A stretch of 64,000 nucleotides of DNA from Octopus bimaculoides (Eukaryota), in assembly GCF_001194135.2 (NCBI RefSeq), contig NC_068986.1:69665872-69729871 (forward strand). The letters run 5' to 3'. Position 1 is the first letter of the stretch, and every line of letters starts with the position of its first letter. This document shows positions 41,919-53,442 of the stretch, piece by piece. The notes under the pieces are model-generated. The model had not been told where the DNA came from, ran no database searches, and worked only from the letters and a program-made list of their open reading frames with translations. The translations under genes and the position numbers were made by a program.

Positions 41919-42062
41919 TCCCATTATCAAAATATCAAAGATGTCAATGTTGATTCTGAAGAATTCCAGGCATTGCCTCCTGAGATCCAACATGAATTCC
42001 TGAAAGAAATGAAAGAATCCATGAAACGGTCATCATGGAACCAGATTCAGGAATTACCAGAG
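41919..42062 (+). CDS. ERCC5: Internal coding exon of DNA excision repair endonuclease XPG (Rad2 family), spacer region with UBM-like motif
   Basis: Acceptor ccttttacctattttcag| and donor GAG|gtaaat bound a 144-nt phase-0/0 exon encoding SHYQNIKDVNVDSEEFQALPPEIQHEFLKEMKESMKRSSWNQIQELPE. It matches the XPG segment (recalled human: [39 protein letters not shown]; recalled fly: KQSSWGRLHELP). It is absent from the ORF track because that frame lacks a long ATG ORF. Confidence 0.88.
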
Positions 42063-42815
42063 GTAAATCTAACAGGATATGCATGTTTGTTTGTTTGATG
42101 TTGTTGTTTGTCCCTAGGTCAACTCTGATTAAAAGAATTCCATTCCAGTCATGACTATCTTGTCCTCTCAGCTCCTTGATTCAAGGGAGATCTTCTATGA
42201 GATTGGTTGGCCTGCTAGAAATTGCAGCCAAATCTCTTTTGATTCATACCTACTGTCTGGTAAGTAGGAAATGCACTTTGGATAATGAGGTAGTTTTAGA
42301 TTCACTAGGCCTCCCAAAATATACAGTATCAGTTGGAAGAAATTCAAGGTTTTGCAGATTGAGAACAAAACATGAATTCTGCGATTTGATTTAGAGAATC
42401 TTTGACCCATGCAGAAAAGTGATTGCTTTGGTGAGATCATCCAGTGGCACCTTACTGAGAAAATTGTGTATACTTCACAGGTAGGTCAAACATTTTCAAG
42501 AACTTCTGAAACGGGTTAACCCCACAAACACCCCCCTCCCCGTGGCACTTAAAGAGATTCCAGATCTTATTCTGACAGAGCTTGACAACCCCTTCCCCCA
42601 CAACTCTTGATGAGGCGCAATGGGCCCTCTCCCAGTGAGAATGGGATTCCAAGTGAGATTCGCAGGTATGGCAGCTCTCACCTCACATCCCATCTTCACT
42701 CTTTATTTCTTCTTTGTTGACTGGGGAAGACTATACCTGACAGGTGGAAAGACTCCGACATTGTCACTATCTAGAACATAAAATAAAACACAAGAAGATA
42801 GAAAAGTGAACAGTA

Positions 42816-42980
42816 GGCGCAGGAGTGGCTGTGTGGTAAGTAGCTTGCTTACCAACCACAATGTTGCGGGTTTAGTCCCACTGCGTGGCACCTTGGGCAA
42901 GTGTCTTCAACTATAGCCTCAGGCCGACCAAAGCCTTGTGAGTGGATTTGGTAGACGGAAACTGAAAGAAGCCCATCGTA
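42816..42980 (+). mobile_element. SINE family B 5' half, young, running into (TA)n and a gap
   Basis: ggcgcaggagtggctgtgtggtaagtagcttgcttaccaaccac...gggtttagtcccactgcgtggcaccttgggcaagtgtctt...ggtagacggaaactgaaagaagccc. Confidence 0.9.
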
Positions 42981-43985
42981 TATATATATATATATNNNNN
43001 NNNNNNNNNNNNNNNNNNNNNNNNNNNNNNNNNNNNNNNNNNNNNNNNNNNNNNNNNNNNNNNNNNNNNNNNNNNNNNNNNNNNNNNNNNNNNNNNNNNN
43101 NNNNNNNNNNNNNNNNNNNNNNNNNNNNNNNNNNNNNNNNNNNNNNNNNNNNNNNNNNNNNNNNNNNNNNNNNNNNNNNNNNNNNNNNNNNNNNNNNNNN
43201 NNNNNNNNNNNNNNNNNNNNNNNNNNNNNNNNNNNNNNNNNNNNNNNNNNNNNNNNNNNNNNNNNNNNNNNNNNNNNNNNNNNNNNNNNNNNNNNNNNNN
43301 NNNNNNNNNNNNNNNNNNNNNNNNNNNNNNNNNNNNNNNNNNNNNNNNNNNNNNNNNNNNNNNNNNNNNNNNNNNNNNNNNNNNNNNNNNNNNNNNNNNN
43401 NNNNNNNNNNNNNNNNNNNNNNNNNNNNNNNNNNNNNNNNNNNNNNNNNNNNNNNNNNNNNNNNNNNNNNNNNNNNNNNNNNNNNNNNNNNNNNNNNNNN
43501 NNNNNNNNNNNNNNNNNNNNNNNNNNNNNNNNNNNNNNNNNNNNNNNNNNNNNNNNNNNNNNNNNNNNNNNNNNNNNNNNNNNNNNNNNNNNNNNNNNNN
43601 NNNNNNNNNNNNNNNNNNNNNNNNNNNNNNNNNNNNNNNNNNNNNNNNNNNNNNNNNNNNNNNNNNNNNNNNNNNNNNNNNNNNNNNNNNNNNNNNNNNN
43701 NNNNNNNNNNNNNNNNNNNNNNNNNNNNNNNNNNNNNNNNNNNNNNNNNNNNNNNNNNNNNNNNNNNNNNNNNNNNNNNNNNNNNNNNNNNNNNNNNNNN
43801 NNNNNNNNNNNNNNNNNNNNNNNNNNNNNNNNNNNNNNNNNNNNNNNNNNNNNNNNNNNNNNNNNNNNNNNNNNNNNNNNNNNNNNNNNNNNNNNNNNNN
43901 NNNNNNNNNNNNNNNNNNNNNNNNNNNNNNNNNNNNNNNNTATATATATGTATGTATGTATATATATACATATATACATATATAA

Positions 43986-44017
<32 letters not shown>

Positions 44018-44196
44018 GTATGTATATATATATATATATAATGAATGAATGTTAATATGTACTGTAAATAAACAAACGATAGGTGAAAAACGTATAGCGT
44101 TTACAGAGTGTACAGCTGGACGAGGGTCAGACACAGAAGATCCCTTATTCTTCATCAGCTTCAGCTATCAACCAAATGGTATTACTCAGTTTCGCA

Positions 44197-44264
<68 letters not shown>

Positions 44265-45397
44265 ATCTAGTTGGATCCCTGTTTCGGTGATGAGTATTCA
44301 TTCAAGTTATTTATTCGATGACTTGAAGCCTTATTCTGATAAACGGGTTTCTTTCATTCAATTTTCATCTGCCCTACTTGGGTTTTGCCAATGCATATAG
44401 GCACATATTTTCACTCATGCACACCCAACACAACGGTATTCATCCATATTTCGAGCACTGTTTATATACATATACATTATTGCATCAATACACACATATT
44501 ATTTGTCTATTTGTACTCTCGCACACGTACACACATAGGTTCATTGTATGGGATACTCTACACTCTCGCCTATCACCGTTACTCGAGTTGATTATACATA
44601 GTTACCAGTTATATGTTTGTACATATGTGCTTTGAACGTCACCGCATCAAGTCATATTATCAATGATATATATACAAATAGATGTGGGTCTGCAACTCGG
44701 GCACAAAAACACACACACACACACATAGATGCACATGTCNNNNNNNNNNGAGGACGTGATATGGATAGTATTATTGGACGCTCAGGAAAGGAGAGAGAGT
44801 GAAAAAGGGAGAGAGAGACAGAGAGAGATGGAGTGAGAATGAGACGCCTCTGAGCCACTGCGAGACATTGTCAGCTATGTCAAATCAGTATGAAAGATAT
44901 AAGCCATATCAACATCAGCTGTCCGAAATATGTCAGCGGGTTACTACCTGTCTGTATGACAGTGTCATTGAAAAGAAAAGCGATTCAATGCCATTCCACA
45001 CTGAGACGGTCATATTACAGCTGAAAGATGCGAAATGCATACAGCGACAACATCATCAAAAATAAATCTATATTTACAAAAGACGCTTGTGTATGCAAAC
45101 ATATGAGCCAACACACATGCACACAAATGCGCACATAGAATAAAATAACTAACGTCAACAACTCTATGCGAATATCTGTAACTGTTCTGATTCTCCTGCA
45201 GGTGACACCCCTGACAGACATGATAGAGAGACATATAAAAAAATTAAACAAATTAAATCCCAAACTGATTCATTATGGAGCAGAAAGATCTACGCTAATA
45301 CCTTGGTGAATATCTCTTAAAAAGAGATCTTACAATTGCTCAACTTCAGATAAATAAGTCGCTGAAGACATGTTTCCTAAAGAAACAATAACAGCAA

Positions 45398-45522
<125 letters not shown>

Positions 45523-45554
45523 AGTATATATTAAAACAAACATTTAAATTCTGG

Positions 45555-45624
45555 TCATAGAGTTATCAAAGGTTTCGCATCCACGTAAGTCAAAGCCTTG
45601 TGGATAGCTCATCAGACTGTACAA
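45555..45624 (-). ncRNA. Type I hammerhead ribozyme motif with canonical core
   Basis: Minus strand reads UUGUACAGU CUGAUGA GC U AUCCAC AAGGCUUUGACUUAC GUGGAU GC GAAA CC UUU GA UA ACUCUAUGA. Stem I has 9 positions with one C-C mismatch, stem II has 8 bp with a U bulge, stem III is short with one C-A mismatch, and the site is AUA. Confidence 0.65.
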
Positions 45625-45675
45625 AGACAAAAAAATTAAAACTTTCTACGATGCGGACATGAGAAAAACGCTTAC

Positions 45676-45676
<1 letters not shown>

Positions 45677-45706
<30 letters not shown>

Positions 45707-45825
45707 TGTATGTATGTATGTATGTATGTATGCATGCATGCATGTATGTATGTATGTATGCATGCATGCATGTATGTATGCATGTATGTATGTATGTATG
45801 TATGTATGTATGTATGTATGTATAT
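45677..45825. repeat. (TATG/CATG)n microsatellite
   Basis: Seen directly. Confidence 0.95.
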
Positions 45826-45946
45826 TTATTCATTACATACATTAGCGCGCGTGATTTGAACTTCCGAGGTCAGAGATATTTGTTAATGTGTCGTCACATG
45901 AACATTCACGAACGCGTAGCGTGGTTGGGTGAGTATCCCTTGACGC

Positions 45947-46160
45947 GTGATCACACGTGCATATTTGACGTGTCATCACGTGAGCGAGTATTCGTCATTA
46001 ATGCCTGATCACACGAGCGTTTATCAAAACGTGATCACACGAATATCTGTTGATGCGTGAGCCCTCGAGTAAGTATCAACACTTGAAGATACGAATATCT
46101 GTTAAGATGTGATCACGCGAGTATTTGTCAATGCGAGATAACAGGAGCATTTGTTCGCGG
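45947..46160. repeat. Degenerate 26-bp CpG-rich minisatellite (consensus approx. GTGATCACACGAGTATTTGTCAATGC)
   Basis: Units start at 46005, 46031, 46057, 46083, 46109 and 46135, with looser units upstream. Confidence 0.75.
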
Positions 46161-46489
46161 ATGATAGGAGCCTTGCCCATTTCAGGAGTTTCGGAAAAGA
46201 ACTTGTGCTTTTCATAACATATTCAAGACATATGATATATAACTACAGATTTCTAACGCGTTTTAACAAACTTATTACTTATTACTTATGACTAGCATTC
46301 CAATCGAAGATAGATCGATTTCTCGACAGACTGCCAGAGACACATAGTTAAGTACTAGTTTTATGTATGCCTGTGGTTCAAGAAAAAAAATAACATAAGC
46401 GTAAACTCTCTGTAATAATATGATTCATACATAATATACAAATGTATGTGTAAGTGTACATGTATATATATATATGTATATGTATATAT

Positions 46490-47002
46490 ATGTATATATA
46501 TATATATGTGTGTATATATGTATATGTGTGTGTATTTATGTATATATATGTGTGTGTATGTATATATGTATATATACACACGTCATACGTGTATGTGTGT
46601 GCGCGAATGTATGTTTTTGACGTTAATGTGACGTCTTTAGATCTTTGTAATTCAGGAAAGCTATATGACATTAATGCGGAATTTTCGCAATATATTTAAA
46701 CTTAGNNNNNNNNNNNNNNNNNNNNNNNATATATATATATATATATATGCACATGTGTATATATATATGCACATGTGTATATATATATGTATATATATAT
46801 ATATGTGTGTATATATGTATATGTGTGTGTATTTATGTATATATATGTGTGTGTATGTATATATGTATATATACACACGTCATACGTGTATGTGTGTGCG
46901 CGAATGTATGTTTTTGACGTTAATGTGACGTCTTTAGATCTTTGTAATTCAGGAAAGCTATATGACATTAATGCGGAATTTTCGCAATATATTTAAACTT
47001 AG
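46490..47002. other. Near-identical duplication across a 23-N gap (offset 297 bp), probable assembly overlap artefact
   Basis: Both copies end in ...gcaatatatttaaacttag (46705 and 47002); the first abuts the gap at 46706-46728. Confidence 0.75.
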
Positions 47003-47635
47003 AATAGATATTTAAAAAGGAAATAAAATTACGTATAAATTCACATTATATTTTAAGGGAATAATCTTTTTTTGTTTAGCAGCAATTTTTCTGTCTGAAT
47101 TCAGCTAATTAGATTTAAATGTATCCTTGTTGGCATGAAATTAGTGCACATGCTTGCTACAATATGTAAGATTATACTCAGATGTATTCGAGTCATCATT
47201 GCTCAATTACTATAGAAGTGCCATTATCGTTTATGGTAATGGTCATTCAAGTTACATTCCAAATTTTACGGGAAATAGGTGATGGCTTTGGGTAGCTAAA
47301 TCACAGCGATTTCAACATGAATAAATGCCTGGATTAATCAATTCGGGACGCATCTATCTATGTGGGAAAGAAAGAAAAAAAACCCTGATTAATTCTTCTA
47401 TTCTTATCTCCTCTCAAATTAATTTCTCCTTCATCAATCAATTCTACATAACAGCGGCTGAATAATCGTTTGTAAAAGCGAAATTCTCCATTCTTGCTGT
47501 AATCTTTTGGAATGGTTTGCATTGTGACGAGACATTGGATACTGGGAAATACGGAACCATTTCAACATACAAAGGCATACATACATACATATAGAACTAT
47601 ATGCATATACACGCACCCGCACAAACACACACACG

Positions 47636-47725
<90 letters not shown>

Positions 47726-49160
47726 CACAGGGAGTATCGGATAAGTAAAGCAGCATTTTTACTACTTGTTTTACATTTTATATTCGAAAATCTGTGTGCG
47801 CGAGTGTATATCTGCAATATGCTTTATGGGTGTGTCCATGCATCTTTGTAAGTGTGTATGCATGTGTGTGTGTATGTGTGTGTGAGTGAGTAAGTGAGTG
47901 AGTGAGTACGTGTGTGTAAGTGTGTGAGTGAGTGAGTGTGTGAGTGTGTGTGTGCATGTATATTCGCATTCTTGTATACGTATACGAAATGAGGGGTTGG
48001 GATAATTGTCTGAAGCAATATAGAAAAAGCCATTATCGCTCCCTTGCATCACAAATTTAAAAGATCGTCGTGTACCAACTTCTGGCAGCTAACACCACAC
48101 ATTAGGTCTATAGAACATACACCAAAATACACTAAAGAGATTACATCTCTTGCGTCTTTGTCATACGCACATATTTGCATCAATTTAGTTGTTGCTGTTG
48201 TTTGGTCCAGGTCAGAACTGATAGAGCAAACTGATAAAATGCTTTAGCTCCAGCCATCTTGTTTCAGGGTGTTATATTGTATTTTGTTTGCTATTTCTAA
48301 TAAGCTAAGTGAGCGTGTAAAATTACCTTTATTGGCTTCTACTGTTACAACTAGAACTGTAACTGTTACCCAAATTACCTAGATTTAATGTTTCTATCTT
48401 TGCGAGAAAATGTAAGACACATTCAACATACATATTCATTCAATGCAGAATATCTTTTAATCGTATAGAAGTACAAGCACACTTCTTAAGAGGACGTGGC
48501 TTTAACATTATTAATCAAGAGGTAAATCCAACACATCTGCAATTCGATACAAATTAATTATGAACATGTTTGACTTATGTTGTTTTGCTAACCAATAGAC
48601 AGTAGGACATGTAAATATGTATAAAGAACAAATATATTACATATATAAGTATATAGTTAAATGCACGCGTACTGAGATATGCAATCAAACATAACACCAA
48701 AACATACATACAGACATGCAGCACGTAGAAACATATATAGTAATATTGACTGAGGGTCAATATAAAGATGTGAAATTTATATTTAACATGTTCCTGTATA
48801 CTCGAACGTGAAGGATTTTTCTCGGAGAAAAAGCAACTCTTCTTATACACTATATGTGCAAAAACACATCCATCAAAATTCCTTCAAAAAGCCCAACCTG
48901 CTAACACAATGAATCACGCTGATTCTTCCTGAGGATTATATTTAGTGTATACGAGTCTGTGGAATACTCGGTCACTGAAGCGCTCTGGTTGAATGAACAA
49001 CTACTGCAAACACATAATAGGAACTTTTGTCAGTTCAACAGAATGTGTGTGTGTGTGTGTGGGTGTGCGTGTGTGTGTGTGCGTGTGTGTGTGTGTGTGT
49101 GTGCGTGCGTGCGCGTGCGTGCGTACGTGCGTGCCTGTGCGTATTTGTATATACACATAC

Positions 49161-49478
49161 GGAGGCACAATGGCCCAGTGGTTAGGGCAGTGGACTCGCG
49201 GTCGTAGGATCGCAGTTTCGATTCCCATGCCGGGTGCTCCGGCAGGGGATGATGGCGAACCTTGCTGTACTCTTTCACCACAACTTTCACTCTTTCTTCG
49301 TGTTTCTGTTGTACCTGTATTTCAAAGGGTCAGCCTTGTCACACTCTGTGTCACGCTGAATCTCCCCGGGGTACGCGTGACTGTGGAATGCTCAGCCACT
49401 TGCACGTTAATTTCACGAGCAAGCTGTTCCGTTGATCGGATCAACTGGAACCCTTTTCGTCGTATGCGACCGAGTGCC
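49161..49478 (+). mobile_element. tRNA-derived SINE, family C
   Basis: A-box tggcccagtgg and B-box gtttcgattcc in the head ggaggcacaatggcccagtggttagggcagtggactcgcggtcgtaggatcgcagtttcgattccc. The 3' part, ending ttgatcggatcaactggaaccc...gagtgcc, is shared with 50683-50967. Confidence 0.85.
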
Positions 49479-50682
49479 ACGTACACAAACGTTTAGAATA
49501 CTTATTTTTAACAGGTATCTTAGATATATATTTTGTCTTTTGCTAAGTTGCAGCAATTTACTATAAACAATCCCAATTACATTTGCTTGTAATCGTTCCT
49601 TGTACCCATTCCTTTCATCCTCGCATCGTTATTATTCATGCAGTTTGTTTCTGTTAACTATTTTCGTGAACAGAATTAGGTCTAGACAAGACATGTTTTT
49701 CAAGTAAGCATGAAAAACGATCTAGTCAAAGTTAAAAGGATTTATCTACTGAGATACGGTATAGTTTTGAATTTTCCAAGTTATTCTCTTCCTAAGATGT
49801 TATTTTTTCAGTCAACGAACTAGTTTTTATTGCTAATAACTGTAGAGTGATATAGCGTTTAGTAAGTAAATACACAGTTTTTACGTAACATAGATTCATT
49901 ATTTCTATAAATAACTCCTTTTATGCTAGATAGCCTAAATTAGTCAATATCGATTGATAGGAACAGTAATAAAATACACCTGAAGTAATAGATATTTGCT
50001 TCTAATTACACCACTAACAGACATATTAAGCCTTTCGAATAAATAATAACAGTCGTTTATGCTATTATTATTTGGATATCAAAATAACCGAGTCTATTGA
50101 ATTTTCTTGCTTTGAACACATAAATTTATGAATATATGGTATTGGTAAAGTATTCCATAAAGACTCCTTCCATATATTCTATTATGTTGAACTTTCTTGT
50201 TCCCCCACCCCCACTCCACCTCCATTCTATCTTCTGACTCAAACTACTTGAACCAAACATTTTCTTCTTTTGCAATGCGAATGTTAGCATATTAAAAATG
50301 CAAATAAAAAATCTCATAGCTATCTTAAATGTCATTAGAACTGCTGATTTTTTTCTCCCCAACTTTCAAGGAGTTCCTTTTAAGTGATTTTTTAAAAACA
50401 TTTTTTTTTTTTGCATTTTTCAGTTTTTTGTGTGATGTTATTCTACTTTTTTTTATATTTAACTTCTAAATTTTGCCAGGTTTAAATGCGTTGTTTATTT
50501 TTTATATTCTTTTTACTTGTTTCTAACCTCAAACAATATGCTATACGTATTTTAGGCGTATAGTTAAGTCATGCTTCTTAAATAAATTATATGGATGTGA
50601 GCGAGCGTGTGTATGTGTGAATATAAATAGATAGAAAGACAAATGTATATGCATTTATATACACATATATGTGCGCGCGCGC

Positions 50683-50967
50683 ATGCTTGTGAAGGTGCAT
50701 AACTTAATGGTCGTGAGTTCGATACTTGGCGGCGCGTTGTGTCCTTTAATAAGACACTCAATTTCACGTTGTTCCAGTCCACGTAGTGCCTGTTTCTCAA
50801 AGAACCAGCCTTGTCACGTCCTGTGTCACGTTGGCTTACAAAGGGAACTACGTGTTAAGGCTACACGTGTCTGTGAAAGGCTCAGCTACTTGCACGTCAA
50901 CTTCACGAACAAGCTGTTCCGTTGATCGGATCAACTGGAACACTCGTTGTCATTACCGATGAAGTAC
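50683..50967 (+). mobile_element. SINE sharing the family C 3' half but with a different head/core
   Basis: Head ggtcgtgagttcgatac...gcgttgtgtcctttaataagacactc, then cagccttgtcacg...gctcagctacttgcacgt...gctgttccgttgatcggatcaactggaac as in 49325-49450. Confidence 0.8.
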
Positions 50968-50978
50968 AGGTTATGCGC

Positions 50979-51020
<42 letters not shown>

Positions 51021-51025
<5 letters not shown>

Positions 51026-51150
51026 GCTGTGTAGTAAGAAGTTTGCGTCTCAACCACATGATTCCGGCCGGCTTCAGTCTCACTGCGTGGCACCCTGGGC
51101 AAGTGTCTTCTGCTTCAGATTCGGGCCGAGGAAACCGAAAGGAATCCGTC
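51021..51150 (+). mobile_element. SINE family B 5' part, cut by gap
   Basis: gtggctgtgtagtaagaagtttgc...ctcactgcgtggcaccctgggcaagtgtcttct. Confidence 0.85.
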
Positions 51151-51691
51151 NNNNNNNNNNNNNNNNNNNNNNNNNNNNNNNNNNNNNNNNNNNNNNNNNN
51201 NNNNNNNNNNNNNNNNNNNNNNNNNNNNNNNNNNNNNNNNNNNNNNNNNNNNNNNNNNNNNNNNNNNNNNNNNNNNNNNNNNNNNNNNNNNNNNNNNNNN
51301 NNNNNNNNNNNNNNNNNNNNNNNNNNNNNNNNNNNNNNNNNNNNNNNNNNNNNNNNNNNNNNNNNNNNNNNNNNNNNNNNNNNNNNNNNNNNNNNNNNNN
51401 NNNNNNNNNNNNNNNNNNNNNNNNNNNNNNNNNNNNNNNNNNNNNNNNNNNNNNNNNNNNNNNNNNNNNNNNNNNNNNNNNNNNNNNNNNNNNNNNNNNN
51501 NNNNNNNNNNNNNNNNNNNNNNNNNNNNNNNNNNNNNNNNNNNNNNNNNNNNNNNNNNNNNNNNNNNNNNNNNNNNNNNNNNNNNNNNNNNNNNNNNNNN
51601 NNNNNNNNNNNNNNNNNNNNNNNNNNNNNNNNNNNNNNNNNNNNNNNNNNNNNNNNNNNNNNNNNNNNNNNNNNNNNNNNNNNNNNNNNNN

Positions 51692-51765
<74 letters not shown>

Positions 51766-52209
51766 ATAACATTTGAAAATATCACAAATGTACTTTTCGC
51801 ATGAAGAACGTATAGTTAAGTGCATACTGGTCATGCTCTGCCAAACATCTATCTTAATTAATCGAACTCAGTACAGTAGTGGCAAGAAAATACATTAGCG
51901 CTAAGGAAAATTCCATTTTTCATAAGCCAACACATAGGGATTCTGTAATTTGGGAAAGTAAACCTGATCTTTGATCACTATATTGACGACTCCTGGTGTG
52001 TGTATATTCTAATCAGTGAAACCACTCATGCGCTATCAGCTTAAATTCCCCCTATCGTTTGGTAATTACTCGTTTAAAGTACAGCCAGCCGTTACTTTCG
52101 AGCACATATGACTTGGTATCACGTACCATGATTTCGCTAATTGTTTTAGGTTTAATGTTATCACGAGCAGCCACAGAATCCCATTCCCTTTGACATAGCA
52201 AATGATGCA

Positions 52210-52340
52210 TGTTTCGACAGCTAGGTAGAGAAAGAGCTGCATCAGCGTCTGGTTGGTTATATTTTACAACTGAGTAAACTGGGGCGACGTAAAATGAAGA
52301 GTCTTGCTCAATGGCACAACGGGCTGCCTTAATCGAAATT
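52210..52340 (-). mobile_element. Diverged SINE fragment related to the 50683 head
   Basis: aaactggggcgacgtaaaatgaagagtcttgctcaatggcacaacg is approximately the reverse complement of cgttgtgtcc...aagacactcaatttcacgttgttccagt. Confidence 0.5.
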
Positions 52341-52834
52341 GTTTGGATGTCTTTGAATTTCTAAGTTAGTTCTGGCCGAACACTCATATGATTAAAATAT
52401 AAGTATTCCAGTTGTATAAGTATCCCAGTTGTATGTAAGTATTCCAGTGGAAATCATACCCCTATATTTCCCCCTTTGTCCAGGATGTACACGGGTGTAA
52501 AATATGAAATCTTTTTAAGATAGTGGGATGCAGTATAGAAGAGCTTTAGCTGCTGATCTTTTTAGGTCGAGCGACTGCTAAGGGTTTCCTTTAGTTTTCA
52601 ATTCTTGCATCGATGAGACGAGCTCCAGTATTACAACATATGCTGATATACATCTCGGAGTTGTTTGTTTTGTACTAACATCATTTCCAACCACGGTCAT
52701 CTTTCTTATTTTTCTGTTACGAGGTCCCTCTACACTCAGGAGTCGTTGATTCTCATTCTAATCTTATCTCCAAACGAACGTTCGTGTAATTCATACGCAC
52801 ATCGCTAAATTAATTTAATATTGGACTTCTCTGT

Positions 52835-53135
52835 TTCTCAGTCTGCCAACCAGCCTGCTTACCTGCCTGCCTACCTGTGAGGCCTGCCTGCCTACCAGTC
52901 TGCTCGCCAGATTATCTTTGTCTGTACCTCTGTCTGTCTGTACGTGTGTCTGTCTGTAAGAGTGTCTGTCTGTACGTGTGTCTGTCTGTCTGTACATTTG
53001 TCTGTCTATAAGAGTGTCTGTCTGTACATTTGTCGTCTCCTGCCGGACGGTCGGTCGGTCGGTCGGTTGGATTATATCTGTCTCTGCTCTCTCTTTCTGC
53101 CTGTTTCTCTCCCTCACTCCCTTCATCTTTCTCTC

Positions 53136-53177
<42 letters not shown>

Positions 53178-53240
53178 TCTCTCCCTCTCTCCGTCACCAT
53201 CTCTCTCCGTCACCATCTCTCTCCGTCACCATCTCTCTCG
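52835..53240. repeat. Compound low-complexity array: (CCTG)n, (CTGT)n, (CGGT)n, (CT)n and three ccgtcaccatctctct units
   Basis: Seen directly; it explains the R/E/D-rich ORFs at 52815-53362. Confidence 0.9.
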
Positions 53241-53401
53241 GCACACCACATTTGCACATAGCTTTTCATACAGGTTCAGGTTTGCATCCAAAGCGTATCA
53301 CATTCAACTCATTTCTCCCTCGTTTCAGTAGATATTCCAAATTGATCAGTTCTGAAAACTAATCAGCTTGCATATGTAAGTCTGTGTGTGAATGTGTTGC
53401 C

Positions 53402-53442
<41 letters not shown>

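Noticed and set aside
44120-44200. Minus strand has GAAAC-UGA-GUA and, further on, CUGAUGA
   Set aside because: Stems I and II cannot be formed in any permutation I tried.
46490-47002. Apparent ~215-bp tandem duplication
   Set aside because: Near-identical copies on either side of a 23-N gap are typical of unmerged contig overlap and are probably not biological.
49161-49232. tRNA-like sequence as a functional tRNA gene
   Set aside because: It continues directly into a SINE body and lacks a good acceptor stem, so it is a SINE head.
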